From Ophelia neglecta (Eukaryota): DNA of 64,000 nucleotides. Under the pieces are notes generated by a model. It ran no database searches and was not told where the DNA came from. It saw only the letters and a list, made by a program, of their open reading frames with translations. Below, piece after piece: positions 1 through 14,732 of this stretch; the stretch's first letter is position 1; every line of letters begins with the position of its first letter. The position numbers and the translations under genes are program-made. The stretch is from positions 33,480,001 to 33,544,000 of the forward strand of contig OZ260667.1 of NCBI GenBank assembly GCA_965285935.1, read 5' to 3'.

Positions 1-2354
1 GAAACGTTTCCTCTGTGTCATATTGACTGCAATTATTTTTGCCAAAACATCTCTGATAAAATTTGTTGTCCAGTAGTCACCTATGAGTGATCTTCCACAA
101 AGGGCACGCCTGATAATTTTTGGATAGGAGCATGAACAGACAAAGCCAGTTCAAAAATCTCAAAACACAAAGTGGATGCGCGCAAGACTAACCACAATCA
201 ATCAGGAACATCCCATAAATCTGCCCGAATTCTGTAGGAACCGTCAGCTGTAGGTCTCCCTCCGAATCAATCTACGTTTCCTGAATATAATCGTAATTAA
301 GAATAAGAAAAATTGATATCATTTTTAATGAGTAGAAGTCAGAGCTTTTCCGTGATGTTATTTCACATAAGAAACAATGAGTCAGGTTTGATGGTAGGAC
401 AGATATTGATTATGTTCACTTAGTGGTCACATGTTATAGAACTCCTCACAATATAACAACGAACCAGTTATGGACAATTTGTATTTTAGTATGCATTCAA
501 CAAGGACCATTTTGTCCGGTTGATTAGTGACGTACCTTTTTCAACGGTGAATGGAAGTAAGCTTTTTGCCTTCTCGGGGTGCATTGGTGTTAAAGAATGC
601 CATGTCTACCTCCCTGCTATCATTCACCCAAAGGCATGTGTTATATTCAAATAAATTGGTGGAATTTTTATATGTGCATTCGGAAAATTCCGAATTTACC
701 TGCAGAATACATAACCCTGGGTCATTATTTTTGACACCAGGGCAATGTAGCTTTTGTTACAGTCAAATAGAAAAACACACGATCTTTCACAGCTCCCATA
801 TGCTGGGGAAATCGGAGATAATAATGAATAATATTCCTTGTCATAAGGCCGTGAACTTGAAAGATATTTCACCTTAAAGAAATATACCCACATTAGTTCA
901 AAAAGAAGGTCTTCCGGTGTTATCTTTCTATTTTACAATTAGTGGGTAAAAGTCACTAACAGGTGTCTGAAGTAATATATTTGTTATTGAACGAAAATAA
1001 ATTCTCTTTATACCTAGATGCCAAAGAAAATTTCCTGCCCGGGTGCAATGGATAGATGCACATACATGTATGCGACCAAACGACCGCAGTTTCACTTTGT
1101 CCCCTGTTTGACGAAAAGTGTTTGTGTGTTATTTTAGCGACAACTTTAAATAGGCACGTTGAAAACCAGAAGCCTATGCAGCGTCAAGCGGTCGCAGGAT
1201 AAACACAAACCGATATTCGGTTAGACAGAGACCTTCATGATTTTGCACCAGGCCTTAACGATGTTACTTGTATTTATTATTTTAGACAGATAAAGATACA
1301 TATGTATTAAAGAAAAAGTGAAATAAGTTTCAGAACGCAATATGTAATAAAATAATTGTTACAAAAGAAGGGGATAGATACATGGCAGACTTAACTGGAC
1401 TTGATCATACTTACAATAAAAAAGTAGTCAACAGTTATCTGTGATGTTAGCCAGCGAGCCAAAGTTCAATGTGCTGCAGTAAAAACCTACACTACTGTCA
1501 TTTGGTGAGTGCATGATTTGATTCATATAACCAAAACAAATACGTTTTCTTAGTTCAATTAAATATCTAGTCACGTATGAATAAAAAAACATTAAATAAT
1601 TGTACTAGCGACTTTCGTGGTAATCTAATTGTGAAAGAACAATATAAGCAGGTCAAACGATATTTGCTATATCAAGACGCGCATTGTATTCACGATATAC
1701 AAGAAGAACATGATGTTCGACAGATAATGAGTCTCTGCTTAAGCGGAGATATGTATGTGTCGACTCATCACAAACACGAAATAACATTGTATGTTAAATC
1801 TATAAACATTATTTTAATGAGGAGAAGTTGAAAGGCAATTTCAAATGAAGAGGAAAAAGTATCCAAAATTGTCTATGCGAGTCTCTGGCTCCTCGATAAA
1901 AAATGTACTCATTGTGCAATCTCGTCACTCAAAAGTAACCCATGAGAGACTATAGTGATGAAAGCTTAGTGTTTATCATTACCCTGAATTTGCAATGAAT
2001 GAATATCGTGTAGCCAGCCTCTCGTTATTCCCGTTCTGGCATTTCAATTTTCACCCTTCATTTTTCATTCCATTCGTTACAACCTCGATGAGTTCTACGT
2101 GCTGGGTTTGATAGCACCAGGAAGGACTTGTACCATCCATGGTTGCTCAAATTGCCACATTTGCATTGAATGAGAGCGTATTGACTTCAAAGTAGACATT
2201 GTTCCCCGCATTGCTGATCGGTTACAAGTGAATTTACATTAGAATGAACCAGCCATGGTTCATTGCCATATTAAAAGCATATGATGCTTAGGCTATAACA
2301 GGGTTCTTTGTCTTTTTGTTTGTAGTTGACTTTGTTATGGCTTTAGATCTGCTT

Positions 2355-2549
2355 ATAGGTGGTATTCTGTTAACAACACATTAGGTATGATTCGGTACAA
2401 ATAATCACACTAATTGATCATTGGCCAGAAACCTTAGCACTGATCGGCCATAGGTGGTATTCTCTAAACAACACGTAAGGTTTGGTTCGAAACGAATAAT
2501 AATCACACCAACTGCTCATTGATCAGAAACCTTAGCACTAGTCCGCCAA
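2355..2549 (+). repeat. Diverged tandem duplication of a ~95-bp unit (2 copies)
   Basis: ATAGGTGGTATTCT...AATAATCACAC...CAGAAACCTTAGCACT occurs starting at 2355 and again at 2450. Confidence 0.85.
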
Positions 2550-5500
2550 ATATTCATCATTTGCAAGAACCCCCCCCCCCCCTCCCCCAACCCCCCAAAC
2601 TTGTTCAATATGGGAAATGGGGCTTTCTCTACTTATAGTGGGGGAATTGGTGTTCGTGGGCCAGCAGCTGACGGTTCCTGGTTATACCGATTGATATAAT
2701 ATACTATTCATGATAGATGATTTCGCTTATTATGTCATGGATCCAATGTGTTTCATCAGTTTTGTGCAGAAAATATCTGAATGTAAATAATTTTGCGAAG
2801 TATCCCGGTGCCTTCCATTATTTTGTCAACTCCCATTACACAATTTGGTATTCTGTAATGATAAGACAAATATTTGCTAGACACTTCAACGAATTACAAC
2901 TTGTGAGGTTTGTTTGTGAAAAATGCGAGCTCGAGTATAATGCTATTTGGATGACAGTAGTGCACCTGAAAAGTGTTGTAGTACACACCAATCTGACTTG
3001 GAGTGTGGATATAAACACCTCATACTGTGCCCCTCTTATTTCATAAGGTATCAGGAAAAACACAAGCTGACGGAAAATCTCGATTGCCGATTCAAGCCGG
3101 ATCCGTACTAGAATGGTGTGCACTTAGGACGGTATTGACTGTGAGGGTGTATAGATTCCTTTATCAGATCATTAATGTAATCATTCAATCGTCCAGTTAG
3201 GTAAATTATTTAATAAACAATATAGAATTTACTTACTAAAGGCTATTTTCTATGGTATATGTTGGTAAGGGTTGACTTGATGGTTTCTTATGCATGGACT
3301 CCATCATAGCAAGCTTTCTCTCATAGAACACACTGGAAAGCTTAATTCTATATTTATGAATTGCAGTTGCATTTTAGGCCTTAAGATTACCTCCGAAAAC
3401 GTCAACCATAATCCCCTAAGTCTGTCCATTTTGTTTATCGGGACACATTCTTTATTTGATTGGTGCGATTTATATAAAGGTGCAAAAACACTCTTTTTCA
3501 TATTTCAAATTGATTGCTTAAAGAGAAATAATGCCCCTATTTGTCAAAACTACCATTACATTCATCTGTTATCTCTTCAGCAGACATTTTACTAACCGAG
3601 TCTGTCAAATTTGACTTCCTGTTGCGTGAGTGATGGATAAACTCTTAGAGGGAGAGAGTCAAATTAATTACTGTTCTCAAATAAAGACTTGAACGACATA
3701 TTTGCTACTACAAGGACAAATCATGCATTTTATAATTACCAACTGCTACTGTTTTATTGAGCTCTTCTAGTATTATGTCACCCTGCACCTGTGACATGCG
3801 GTATAGTGCACACTTCACATATTTGTCGGTGCTTTTCTTATGCTTTCGCAACCTTTAATTGTGCAACACGTGCAAGTTGTTGCTTATGCCCCTTTGGGTA
3901 TATGATTGCTTTCAAGGTGCGTGCATATGGTCATATTGCATTAAGAACAAATATAAATCTTCATTATTCTTAAGGAAGGGATTCATTTGCTTAAGATATT
4001 CATAGCTTAGTTGTGCTTATGGGATGGTTCATGCTTGTAGCTTTTATCGATTTGTAATGATCATGAAGGTTGATAAATAATATTCATGGGTTATTGGGGT
4101 TGACAGCTAAAACTTCAAGCAAAAAGTCTGAGGCATCAGACTGATGTCAGTCATGACACAGGACTATCGCTTTTTATATTTTCAGCTAAGAATGTATCTC
4201 GCCGAAAGCTTATCGCTTCTTTGTCCGTTTAAGGATAATCTAGCTTTAGTACGTATGGTTCTGTTTAGAAGCGTTCAAATCACACTTTGATAGGTCGTCG
4301 TGAATAACTTCAGATTATATAGGTCAGGCAAACGCGGGCCAACTGTTCCTCTCTCGTGACCTCCATAGTCCAAATGTCTGACTGCTAGCTGTGGACAAGA
4401 AAACATTGCTTAATCAGATGGCTGACAAGAGCGAGAAAGGCATATTTAATGCATGCCGCCTAAGATCAATATCTTAGGCAGGATTTGGTTGCATTTTCAG
4501 ACGATTGGTTAGATCCTTTTGCCGATATTAGGAGAAAACGACTCTGGTGAACAAGACTTGAACACAGTCTATAACTGGCTCCTTTTCGGTTACTGGGGTT
4601 CTTCTTGAATAATGTCAGGCGAAGAGAAGGGGAAGCTTCATTTAAATCTACCTAAAAAACAGTCACCTTTATTCACATTATTTTTGTGTATGCAGTAGTC
4701 TACTTGTAGTACTAATGAATTCAGTGATAATTGTATATCATAACGTTTTCCAATTATAGTTTGTTTACTTGAATGAATTTGTGTAAATTGATTTTAATTC
4801 AGATATTCAGTGGATGCTCTCTTTAGTTTCATTTCTGCTTAAATTGCGAATGAAAGATTTCCAAAGGTTAAGTGTACAAACTCTTTGGCGTACTTATATG
4901 ATGGGGATATTTTCAAGATATGCTTGATACTTCTATATTGTCAGTGGAAGCAGGCATGTATAGAGAATTAGAGCTGCTAGATGTCACTTTTGTTGATTGA
5001 TAGTAACTACCAAGGCCCTTTGTACATTCGCGTCTAAGGATTTTTCCATCCATTTACTGTCTTCCATGTCTTTGAAATTCTCGGTTCACATGATACAATT
5101 TGTCTCTTTGAGATTTTCTACATCTATGACAAATTGGTCGGCATGAAGACCAGTGACTCTCTGCTCAGGCGGCTGTCACACTATTTTTGCCATCCCTAAT
5201 GAGCACGCAATGAATCACAACGACCAAACGAGCAGCCAACCAAAGGAAGTAATAAGGATTTATTTATTCAACATTCCTGATGAATATGGCTTTAGAATGA
5301 TTGAGATTATAGAGGATATGTACTAGATACCTAGCAGGTATGCTTGTCTAATTTTCTGGACAATTGAAGACTTTGATTTTTTCTTGTCTGTTTATGAGAC
5401 AAAAGCTTGTTATGCATGCATTTTATGAATAGATTCATAGCGTCTGGTTTCATTACTCAAAACTATTGAACACTGGCCTAGGTGTCGATGACTTATTTGA

Positions 5501-8500
5501 CCAAAGGCGTTCACTCGGACAAACGCGAGCAAAGGTTACTAAATGAAATGACCTTGCTCTATATTTCCCAAAATATCCGAACTTCCCATTTTGAAAATGA
5601 ACTTTACTCAACATAATAAAGAATTCTGCCATTTGAGCTCATTGGCAGGGAACAGCTGCAATTTCTGTCTGCAACGAAAGATCAATTGACTTTGTATTAG
5701 TCGATAGTTGACTAAATCGGTCAACTGTAAGCCCTGGGTTTCATTTGGCTTGCTCCGAGGGATGCTGCAGTTTTCCCCTTGATGCCAAGAGTACATTAGT
5801 TTTAATCAGCTATCTCTGGTCCTACTGTTTCCTGCCCAGACTTTGAACAGGCCTCTCTGTTTCCTTCGACAGACGCCAAATGACCCGCGAGGTGGCCATA
5901 CTATGTCACTTATTTATTGTTCCAATCACATCCACTACCAAGCGATTCAAGGAGTGAAAACGTGAAAACTGTTTCCAATGTGCACGTATCCAATTACGGA
6001 TAGAGAGGGTTAAGAAATTATAGTCTGACTGTTCGCATCATTTCATCAAGGGTCGATCAATAACCAACAGTGTAAGGATTCATTAGAGTGATGACATGTG
6101 CTGATGTATATTAAATGTGTTATAGAAGATTCTCCTGTCGATGACCTCATGGACACAGTTTGATATTGCATTTTGAAATACTCCACATAATATGGAATCA
6201 TAATCAGTTAATGATACCCCCCCCCCCTCCCAGTGCTGTGTTTTAATGGCAAATAATCGATGTTTCATTTCAGATACATAGCACTATATTCTGGAAGGTT
6301 GTATATCATACATTTGAATAAAGAACAAAATACACATAATCATAAGATATGCTTTTTTTAATCTTTACATTTATAACTTTTGCGGTATATCGGTCGTTTC
6401 CTAACACGCTCGGTTTTGTGCCATGGATAACACATTAGTATGAACTTTCCGTTGGTAGATTCTGAGGGATCAAATCTTCGCCAGAGGCAATATTGAATAC
6501 ATGGTCTTTCTGAGTAGACAGTCTCTTGTCTCGTGATCTTGGTGAATTGTGGTGTGAGGTTAGTTAACAATGATTTTTTACGACAGGGAATAATAACTCG
6601 TAGCCTCTTGGCGGTAGGGTAGTATTAGATTTTCACGATAGAGTTCACTGGTATAGGCTTTCTGTCTAGACACTTTGATCAGAAAGCAGGGTTAATATAA
6701 ATATGTCTGCCCCTTGGGCCTGAGGCCTTCATTTATTTGGATTCAGTGGAGAATGGTACAGAAAAGAAATTGGTCCGAATTGCTGCGTTAGAATCAACAG
6801 TGTTATATATGTGTGTGATATGATTCCTATAGATAAATATTAACGATACCAAGAGTACTGTGCGTTTGCATCTGTCTGACCTATTGGTTACCTATTAAAA
6901 ACCTTGTTCTCTAGTTGTAATCAATCTTATGAGATTGAATGTTGAGTTCTGAAAGACTTCTTGGAGTTGAGTCATTAGAATTGAACCCTGGTTCCTTCTG
7001 TTGATCCAGGCTTCACTGAAGGCTTAAAGCATGATCAAAAAATGAGTGCTCATTGTCCGAAACATTTATTGAGCTTGCCCATTAAGTAACCTCGTTTCTA
7101 AATAATTGATTTCAAGTCAGCTGCAATTAATTTGCTGCACTTTACCCATCGCCTTAGGCGCTGAGGATCACACGTTGGCCATTTTATTTTATTACACCAT
7201 AGTAACTGTTTGACTTTGAGTCCGACATACGAAGGGGTGGTGGATGGGCAGGTCTTATTGAAAGCTGATGCTTTTGTTTCACCCCTTCATTGATATCGGA
7301 CACTTGGTATTCAGTGACTGTCAATCGTCCATCGAGATGTGACATGGTAAAATAATCATATTCATATCAATCATTGTTTCGGTCGCATCATGAATACACG
7401 ATATGCCGAAATGATCGTTATAACGGCTTTACAACAGAGGTGCATTACATTGTCATTTTCTTGGTGCAACTGCCACATCCTGTTATTCTCATAAGAGTAT
7501 GACCGATTGCTGGCGAAAAAATCATCCGAAAACGATTAGATTTCTTGGCATGTTCTACCCGGGAAACCTCGCCCATCTCCGAATAATGACATCATCGACC
7601 CACTCGCGCTCTTCGCCACCATTTTTTAACCATTGAATCTGCTTATAGGAAGAGTTGATTGGTCCATAAAAACCTGGTTTCGGTGGTATGGAAACTTCAA
7701 TACCAAAGCGGGTTTTATAGTGCATTCGTTGATGTAAGGAGCCCATCGGGCTTTCATCCTTTCAAGCAAAATCGACACAGTCCCTGTGGAATCTTTCAGG
7801 TCTTCTTTAAAGTCCCACTTCGGCTTTTGTCGTAATTTTGACAGTTTAGAATGCACAAGGGTAACCGTAAGCACTTTATCCTGTAGCGTAGGGAAGCCTT
7901 AGGAGAGACTGTTTTGTCGAACCGTCAAGTGATGTAATCAATGATTATTTGCCCGAGCGTAGAGATACATTCAAATGTAGGTAAACCAAATAAACAAAAT
8001 GCCGAACTAAAATTTAGCAGTTACTTTGGTTACATTATGAGTTTTCAGTATGGAATTTTTCTTTCCTAGTGCCGCTGTATATTTTACACAAAGAACTATT
8101 ACCAAACGCGTGGAATGACTGTAGCTATCGGCTGGTGCCTTACAGAAATTACCTCGTTTAAACCACATTGGCCACATCATCACATTATTTTACTAGGATA
8201 ATGAGACTTTACAAGCCCAAATGAAGCCAGGTCGCAAATATAGATTTGCTCCCTCTCTAGGGAGCTTTAGCCGTCTACATTAATGGCTATCGATTTCGAA
8301 GCCACCCCTCTTGGCTCGTGCTTGTTTTCGCTGAAATTAAATGAAATATCCAGCGCATAAATAACGATTTCGGTTAAGGACTAAGGTCCCTGATTACATC
8401 AAACAGAAGAAAAATTGTCTGCTCTGGTTTGAAGAAGTTTGTAACCATAATGATACAACAGGAATTTAATATTGGCGAAGATATGTTAAGACTTGCATTG

Positions 8501-11500
8501 CACAGCTGTGCAGATATTATAATTCGGACACATTTAGATATTTTCCTCGATTAATTTCCGTTATTAATATGCCTCCATGTAGGATCTTGGAGCGGAAAAT
8601 TGACAACATACTATGTTATTGGCTATGTTATGTATGATGCCCCATGAAGGTCGTGTCGCTTATTGGCCCCTCGTTACTGTATCTAGCTTTATCTCATTCC
8701 TAATCAGTAATCTCTCCTTTGACATTATAGTAGATTAAAGGGGTTAACCGACTATAGAAAACTGCACATTATGCTTACATTATAATGGATGTAAATAGAA
8801 AAGTGTTAAAACTATTGTGAGGTTGGACACAAACTGAAGTGGATACCCGGTAGTAACTCCGCAGGCTTAATCACTGAATCGCTCCGAATTAAACGGGCAC
8901 ATTCTGACAATTTATAATGATAGGATTAATGGTATTTATTTCTTGTGCATTTACCAACTGTTGATAGTCAGGGTGGCTTAGAAATAAAGAGACAAAATAC
9001 AACTTATTTGTAACATCATCAAGTTAAAGCTAAACAATAACGTTTTTATATTGGATCCGTATGTGTAGTGTCCACCTTTGAGAAAATTAGAAAAAAAATC
9101 AATGCAAAACTGATAATTTGAAATATGAAATAGAATCAACTTAAAGTCTAACTAAAAGCAATGACATCGTGAGTACACGTTGAGTTGTGGATAGGATGAA
9201 AAGGTGAAAATGGTATGAGAAGGAACGCAGGAAGGATGAATCTGGCCAAAGCTTGACTGTCTCGCGCTCTCCTGGTCCACATAAGGCTTGCCCTAGGCTG
9301 GCTTAACCTGGGTCTACCCTTGATCCCGCTCTGCTGGCTCTAGCTCACTATACTCATGATGGCCCTTGCTCGGATGGAAATGAATGAATTAAATATATTT
9401 CCCCCGGAGACACTCCAAAGGTTAGCGTGTTGGTGTCAATCCAAACGCAATTACTATCATAGTTTAATTATAATCGGCATTTATTTGGTTTAAATTGCAA
9501 ACAGAAGCCTAGTGATTATTTTTGACATAGATATAGCATTGAATTGGTAGGAAATGAAATCAATATTCTATTTTTCACTTACATGCTACATTAATTCGAA
9601 TGAAAACCTTGTTGGAATCCATAGGTGTGTATGTGAAAAGAAATATATTGCATTAATTGTATGTTGTGTGTGAAACAAAGCCCTTGGGCTAGCTAACCTG
9701 TGATCATCGATTTGAATCCTGACAGTTTTATAATATAAAAATTGTTAAGGTTATAGCGAATTAATCTTCATCTATACCCATGGAGTGAGTGGTCTTCGTG
9801 CATTATATTGGTTGAAGTGGAACCCTGTAATATAAAAAAGCACTGGTAGTTGTTTGGACCTCTTGTTTAATCAAGGATCAGTGTAATGATTAAGTCATCG
9901 CTTTTTGATTATGAAAACGGACGGTAGAGCATTCTATATGCATCTGTAAGTACCTTCCTGTTCGGTTCATTCTATTAGTTATATGCGTTCAGGCAAATGC
10001 AGCCTCATCATATGTATGACATTCCTGAAAAGGTCTCAGATGCGCGTTTATTCCTGCGAGGCTGAAATTTGATTACTGTAAAAATGCATGTGTTAGTGGG
10101 CGTTGAGAGGTGTATTGACCCAATGGTGGGTGGCAAGCATGCCAATTGGGCGAGACGTTTTGTTGTTCGATGGCCGGTATGATGTGAGATGAAGGCCGGG
10201 GTGACTGACGTTCACGCGCCTTTGATGCACCCCCGTCTCCGGTAACACGCTCCATCGATACCCGGCTAGTCAGTCAAATAACAGTCATCGGTATTAATAA
10301 TGGAGGCAGACAAGCGAATCGAGGGCCATTCCAGCTTGGACATTACTCCTAGATGACTGATAATATCTGTATACTAAGTAAGATACTCCTACACAATGTT
10401 CATAATTGATCGAATAAAATTCCTGCATATTGCCACAATGTGTTCTCATTTGCTTAAGTGTGTTCATGTAGACTTATCCTTTTCTTAACCAAAAGGAAAG
10501 CGACCAGAGTCTGGATACGAAGGTACGAGGCTGTGATGTTATGCTATTTTCAATTTAACCTGATTACATTTAGGGCTATGAAACGATCTTTCCTTAAGAT
10601 TAGGTAACAATATATATTCCAGCCCTAATTTCTTTTAGTACTACCTCAGGAAGTAACCACGGCCATATCATTCTTTGGCTGGCACATTTGTTTGTAAGGG
10701 CTACAAAACAAACAGTGGGATTCGCGTGTGTCAGGTCATATGGTAATAAAGGGCTTTTACTGTTAACACCAGATTTGAAAAACGATAAGTTAAGTGTCAA
10801 GTCACCGATGGCCTGTGTCTTTAAACTTCACCTTGTCAAGAAATAATTACTATTACCATAATACCAATAAATGAATGTTACTTTCGATCATAATATAAGG
10901 CATAGTGGATAACGTAACACATCTTTGTGATAGGGAGGTAATCCCCGCCCTCTTAGATGTGAAAGCTGAAAATCAGTTTAATGCAGGGAATGTTTAGCAG
11001 CTAAATGTAGGACACATCACACCAGTAGCAGTTTAGTAACCCTAGGAGCAAGGATATTGCATGACTAAGGCGCTGGACGAAATAACTAATGATTCTTCCT
11101 ATCATTTGTGACTGGGAGACATAAGTAAACTTGGCCTTGTCTGGGCCTATTACTACAGCTTCATACAAGCAGCAGGCTGGAGGGGTGAAATATTAAAACC
11201 GGCGGACGGATCGTTGTTTACAGCACATGTGTTTCCGGTGGCCATCCCTCTCTGCCATCCGTAGCATATATCATGTCTGCTTGGCCAGACATTTGCTGTG
11301 TCGTCTGCGACACTCCGATGGCGTTCTCTCTCCGGCAAGCAAGGTCAAGGTCACGGGTGATTATTTTGAAAAAAATCTCGCATCAGCCAGTCTGATAGTT
11401 ATCTGGAACATTCTTAATAGCCCCTTGTTAATGTATGGTCTGATTTCTCTTGTTGTTTCACGTGACTTGCAAGAGGACATTTCTGTAGCTCCAGTGATCC

Positions 11501-13878
11501 CGATGATCAATCAGCTTCACATGCTATCGGAGGATCCGTCAAGCACGTGAGCTAAGAAATAAATTGATTACTTTCAAACATAAAGGAAATGAATTGTTGT
11601 GTTAAAAACTGCTGTCTGCTCCATAAGCATCTGTTTTGGTTGAGTCAATTGATCAGACATACTGTTGTTTTGACATGGCTTCTATTTAAGCTTGAGCTAT
11701 TTATCAATCTAACATTTGAAGCCAATCATACAAATTTGTTTTCTTCATAATCATTCAAGATCGAAGAAAGACGTGTATACCAAATACATATTGAACAATC
11801 ATTATCCAACAATCAGAAGCATACTTTAAGATTCTTTGTTTGGTTTATGCTATCGCATCGGCATTGTATCCAACTCCTCAGGCGATGTATTGTTCCATAG
11901 ACTCGCTTACTTATTTCCTAGTTTAACTAATCATATCGTGGTATTTACCCGGCCTATAATTATGATCGCTGTCTATTGTTATATCAATTTCATATATAAA
12001 CATATAAACACAACGATTTCTTAGCCAATAAAAATGAAATGGTACAAAATAAGGTTACACGATTTAACTGACTCAAGAACCAAACAATCTACATTGAAGC
12101 AGGGAAGGCCTTGTATTCCCGAGTAAAGATATACATATTGGTGAAGCGAAAAACTTGAATACGCTGCAAGTATATGTTTCAATTGGTAATATTTCATATT
12201 TCAAGTTGAAACGGTAACAATTAAACCGGGTCTTGATAGATGAATATATTTGCAACAGAAGTAAGAAGTCGTTGGTATATAGAAAATAACCAATAAAATT
12301 GCTGTAATTGAGTAAAACACCCGAGAGTTCTGTTAGTACTATATAGAAGTAGAATCAGGCAGAGATGTTGACTGTCCGGTATAGGATCCTCGACCAGTTT
12401 AGGAGTTTAGGAATGAAAGAAAGGAGGACAGTTACTGTAGCAAACCATGTCGAATAAACACAAAAGTTATTTGCTATTTTTTACAATTATAAACAGAATA
12501 AGCCCATTTAAGATTCAAAGACTATACCCAACCATGCACAGTGTGTAATTTGTAAATGTTTGTATGCAACTCATACATTGGCTTGTGTGCTTGGTATCCA
12601 CGCAGGTTTTTTGTTGATAAGTTTATTAGGGCAAACACGGGAAGCCGTTCCGCCACAATACAGTCCGATATTCACAGGCTTCATGTCATCTTTCCCTACT
12701 TACGTGGAAACATAATCTATTATATATTTATATATCAACGTTGTCATTTCAAAACATCAAAGACATGTCCACATATTTAACATTTCAAGATTATTGATTA
12801 ACATTACTTAAAACCTTAATAACCATGATATATTTCCAAAACCAGGTTAACAAACAGGTTTTGACATTTAAATTTCGACTTGAACCTATGACAATTAACA
12901 GATTATACATCAATTCATACGTAATGCATATTTGAGGAATATGACTGACCATTTTTATGACAATGTACAGATAAGCGGTTCATAATAATTCCGTAAACAA
13001 TGCACATAGTACGTTTTAACATGACAACGAAGAGATGTATAGTTTCATATTATACTATGGGCTATAAAAAATAATACTGACCCAGGAAATAAATCTACTA
13101 TTAGAGTATGGTTGACTATACAATAATAACGACTGGTTTGAAGTGTGGTTTTCTTTTATGACCAAACCCTGTCTCCACCACCCGTTGTTTTTTCTCCAGG
13201 GTTGTATCGAACGACACCATTATTGGTCGCTGGCGATGTGATGATCTTTAATCAGTGTTTATGCCGTCAGTCCTCTTCGGAAATCCAATAAAGTCTCAAT
13301 TTCCCAGCATAGAAGTATTAGCACGATAAACCTAGTCCGCTGCCTGGCGGATCTAGTCTCGCCTCTTCTTATTATGGCCTGTATAATCTGGTCCACTGAG
13401 AATCAGTCTGCAGACAATTTGTAGGGAAAGGTGAGAGCTTTAAGTCGCAGGAGGGAATATAAGAGCCCGGTAACATATAGGGATAAAGCATTGCTTGGCA
13501 CATTACAGTAATCTCCTCGGCCTACCTGGGGCAAGAGCCACGCTTCACCCACTTTGGTCTGTCCTAAGTCTACTCGTTTTCATAAGTGCCCAGTGGTCAC
13601 CCTTTATCATCCCCTACAGGCAGACGTTAAATTATACAGTAAGGCTTCCCCTTAATAACAACGCTCAAATATTTCTGCAGTTATATTCATAATGACATTG
13701 AAAAATACAAATTAAAGGCATTGGGACAAGTAACCTCTTCCTAGAGCCCACTCCAGATCACTGTTAGTATATTCTTTATGGCATGGTATTTAACCAGCGA
13801 GTGTAAATGTGGATAGGTAGAGTTGCCATACCGAATTTCCATACAAGGAGATTTATTATAAAACTGTTCTTGCCTTCG

Positions 13879-13883
13879 GTTTA
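13879..13883 (+). repeat. Target-site duplication GTTTA (left copy; right copy at 22248-22252)
   Basis: The same 5-mer abuts both TIR ends: ttcg-GTTTA-[TACGG...CCGTA]-GTTTA-tgac. Confidence 0.85.
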
Positions 13884-14500
13884 TACGGTAGCCCATCGTG
13901 CGAAATTTGTAAGGGTAAAGCTCCAACAATTACGCGCGCCTCGTGGACGGCATCATTTTCCTTACACCCCAAGGTGAGTGAATCTGTTTTATCTACCAAT
14001 GTATTGCTTGGCAGTCTTTGTGTAATACATTAAACGAAAGTTAGGAAATTCGTTGTCAATCCTGTGTACTGGTTTGATTTATCGAGATAGCTATTTGTGA
14101 ACAATTCTCGAGCAACATCAAGCGTGGGCGATATTAGGAGAAATAACACCTTAAGTTCCCGTTGCTGTCGGCTTGGTGCACTTTTCGAACCTGAAACTTA
14201 ATTGACAGTAGCTACTGATAACTGTTAACATGTCCATGGTATCTGCTCAGTTTAGAATGATGCGGTTTTTTTATCCTAGCCGTTCAAATAAGTTTTCGAT
14301 GCGCGTGTGTGTAAGGGCACGGCGCGCGTGTAAGAAAGGGCACTAGCCGAGAAAAGGGCACGTAAAAGTAAGGCAACGCACTCTCTGTGATTGTTGCTGT
14401 TCAGTTCCTGGCTTAGAAAGTGGTTCTTTTGCAATCTTTTACGTACAAATGGTCGACCTTTGCCAAGAAGTCACTGATTTTAAGCCATGTTTTCCATAGA
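13884..14500 (+). repeat. Left terminal inverted repeat (~617 bp)
   Basis: Reverse-complement match to 21632-22247. By manual comparison the outer 392 bp (13884-14275) are identical, and the inner ~225 bp carry about 13 substitutions and 1 indel. Confidence 0.95.
13950..13980 (+). promoter_or_regulatory. TIR-embedded initiator-like motif and splice donor (putative non-coding first exon), mirrored at 22151-22181 on the - strand
   Basis: Inr-like TCATTT near 13953 followed by consensus donor AAG|GTGAGT (intron starts 13974; mirror copy 22157). Both internal genes have an acceptor 2-4 nt before the ATG. Confidence 0.55.
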
Positions 14501-14732
14501 CTCAAGTATTCTTTTTATAATGTTTAAATAGCGCAATACTATATTGAATGTTTAGCCTGTTTCATGGTTCTTTTATAAGACTTAGCCTATAATGCCATTT
14601 GCAAAGAGCGATATCTATATATGATCGGCCCATTTTATCTATTTCACAATGTTTTGTGAAATATATTTCACTGTATCTCTCAGCGTTAATTTTAATAAAC
14701 GATTTGTGCATGTTTTTTGGCATTTCAGAATC

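Noticed and set aside
5240-6760. Possible decayed LINE RT fragments (IPDEY..MIEIIEDMY near 5270-5325 on +; NPNK..KASGP near 6715-6750 on -)
   Set aside because: Only isolated short motifs on opposite strands, too weak to call without a translated search.
13879-13884. Alternative 6-bp TSD GTTTAT
   Set aside because: GTTTAT does occur at both sides, but using it removes the first base of the left TIR and makes the ends asymmetric. The 5-bp reading is more parsimonious, and more copies are needed to settle it.
14649-14732. N-terminal extension of the zinc-finger ORF (MFCEIYFTV...)
   Set aside because: It reads through a T-rich tract and splice acceptor and is most likely intron sequence.
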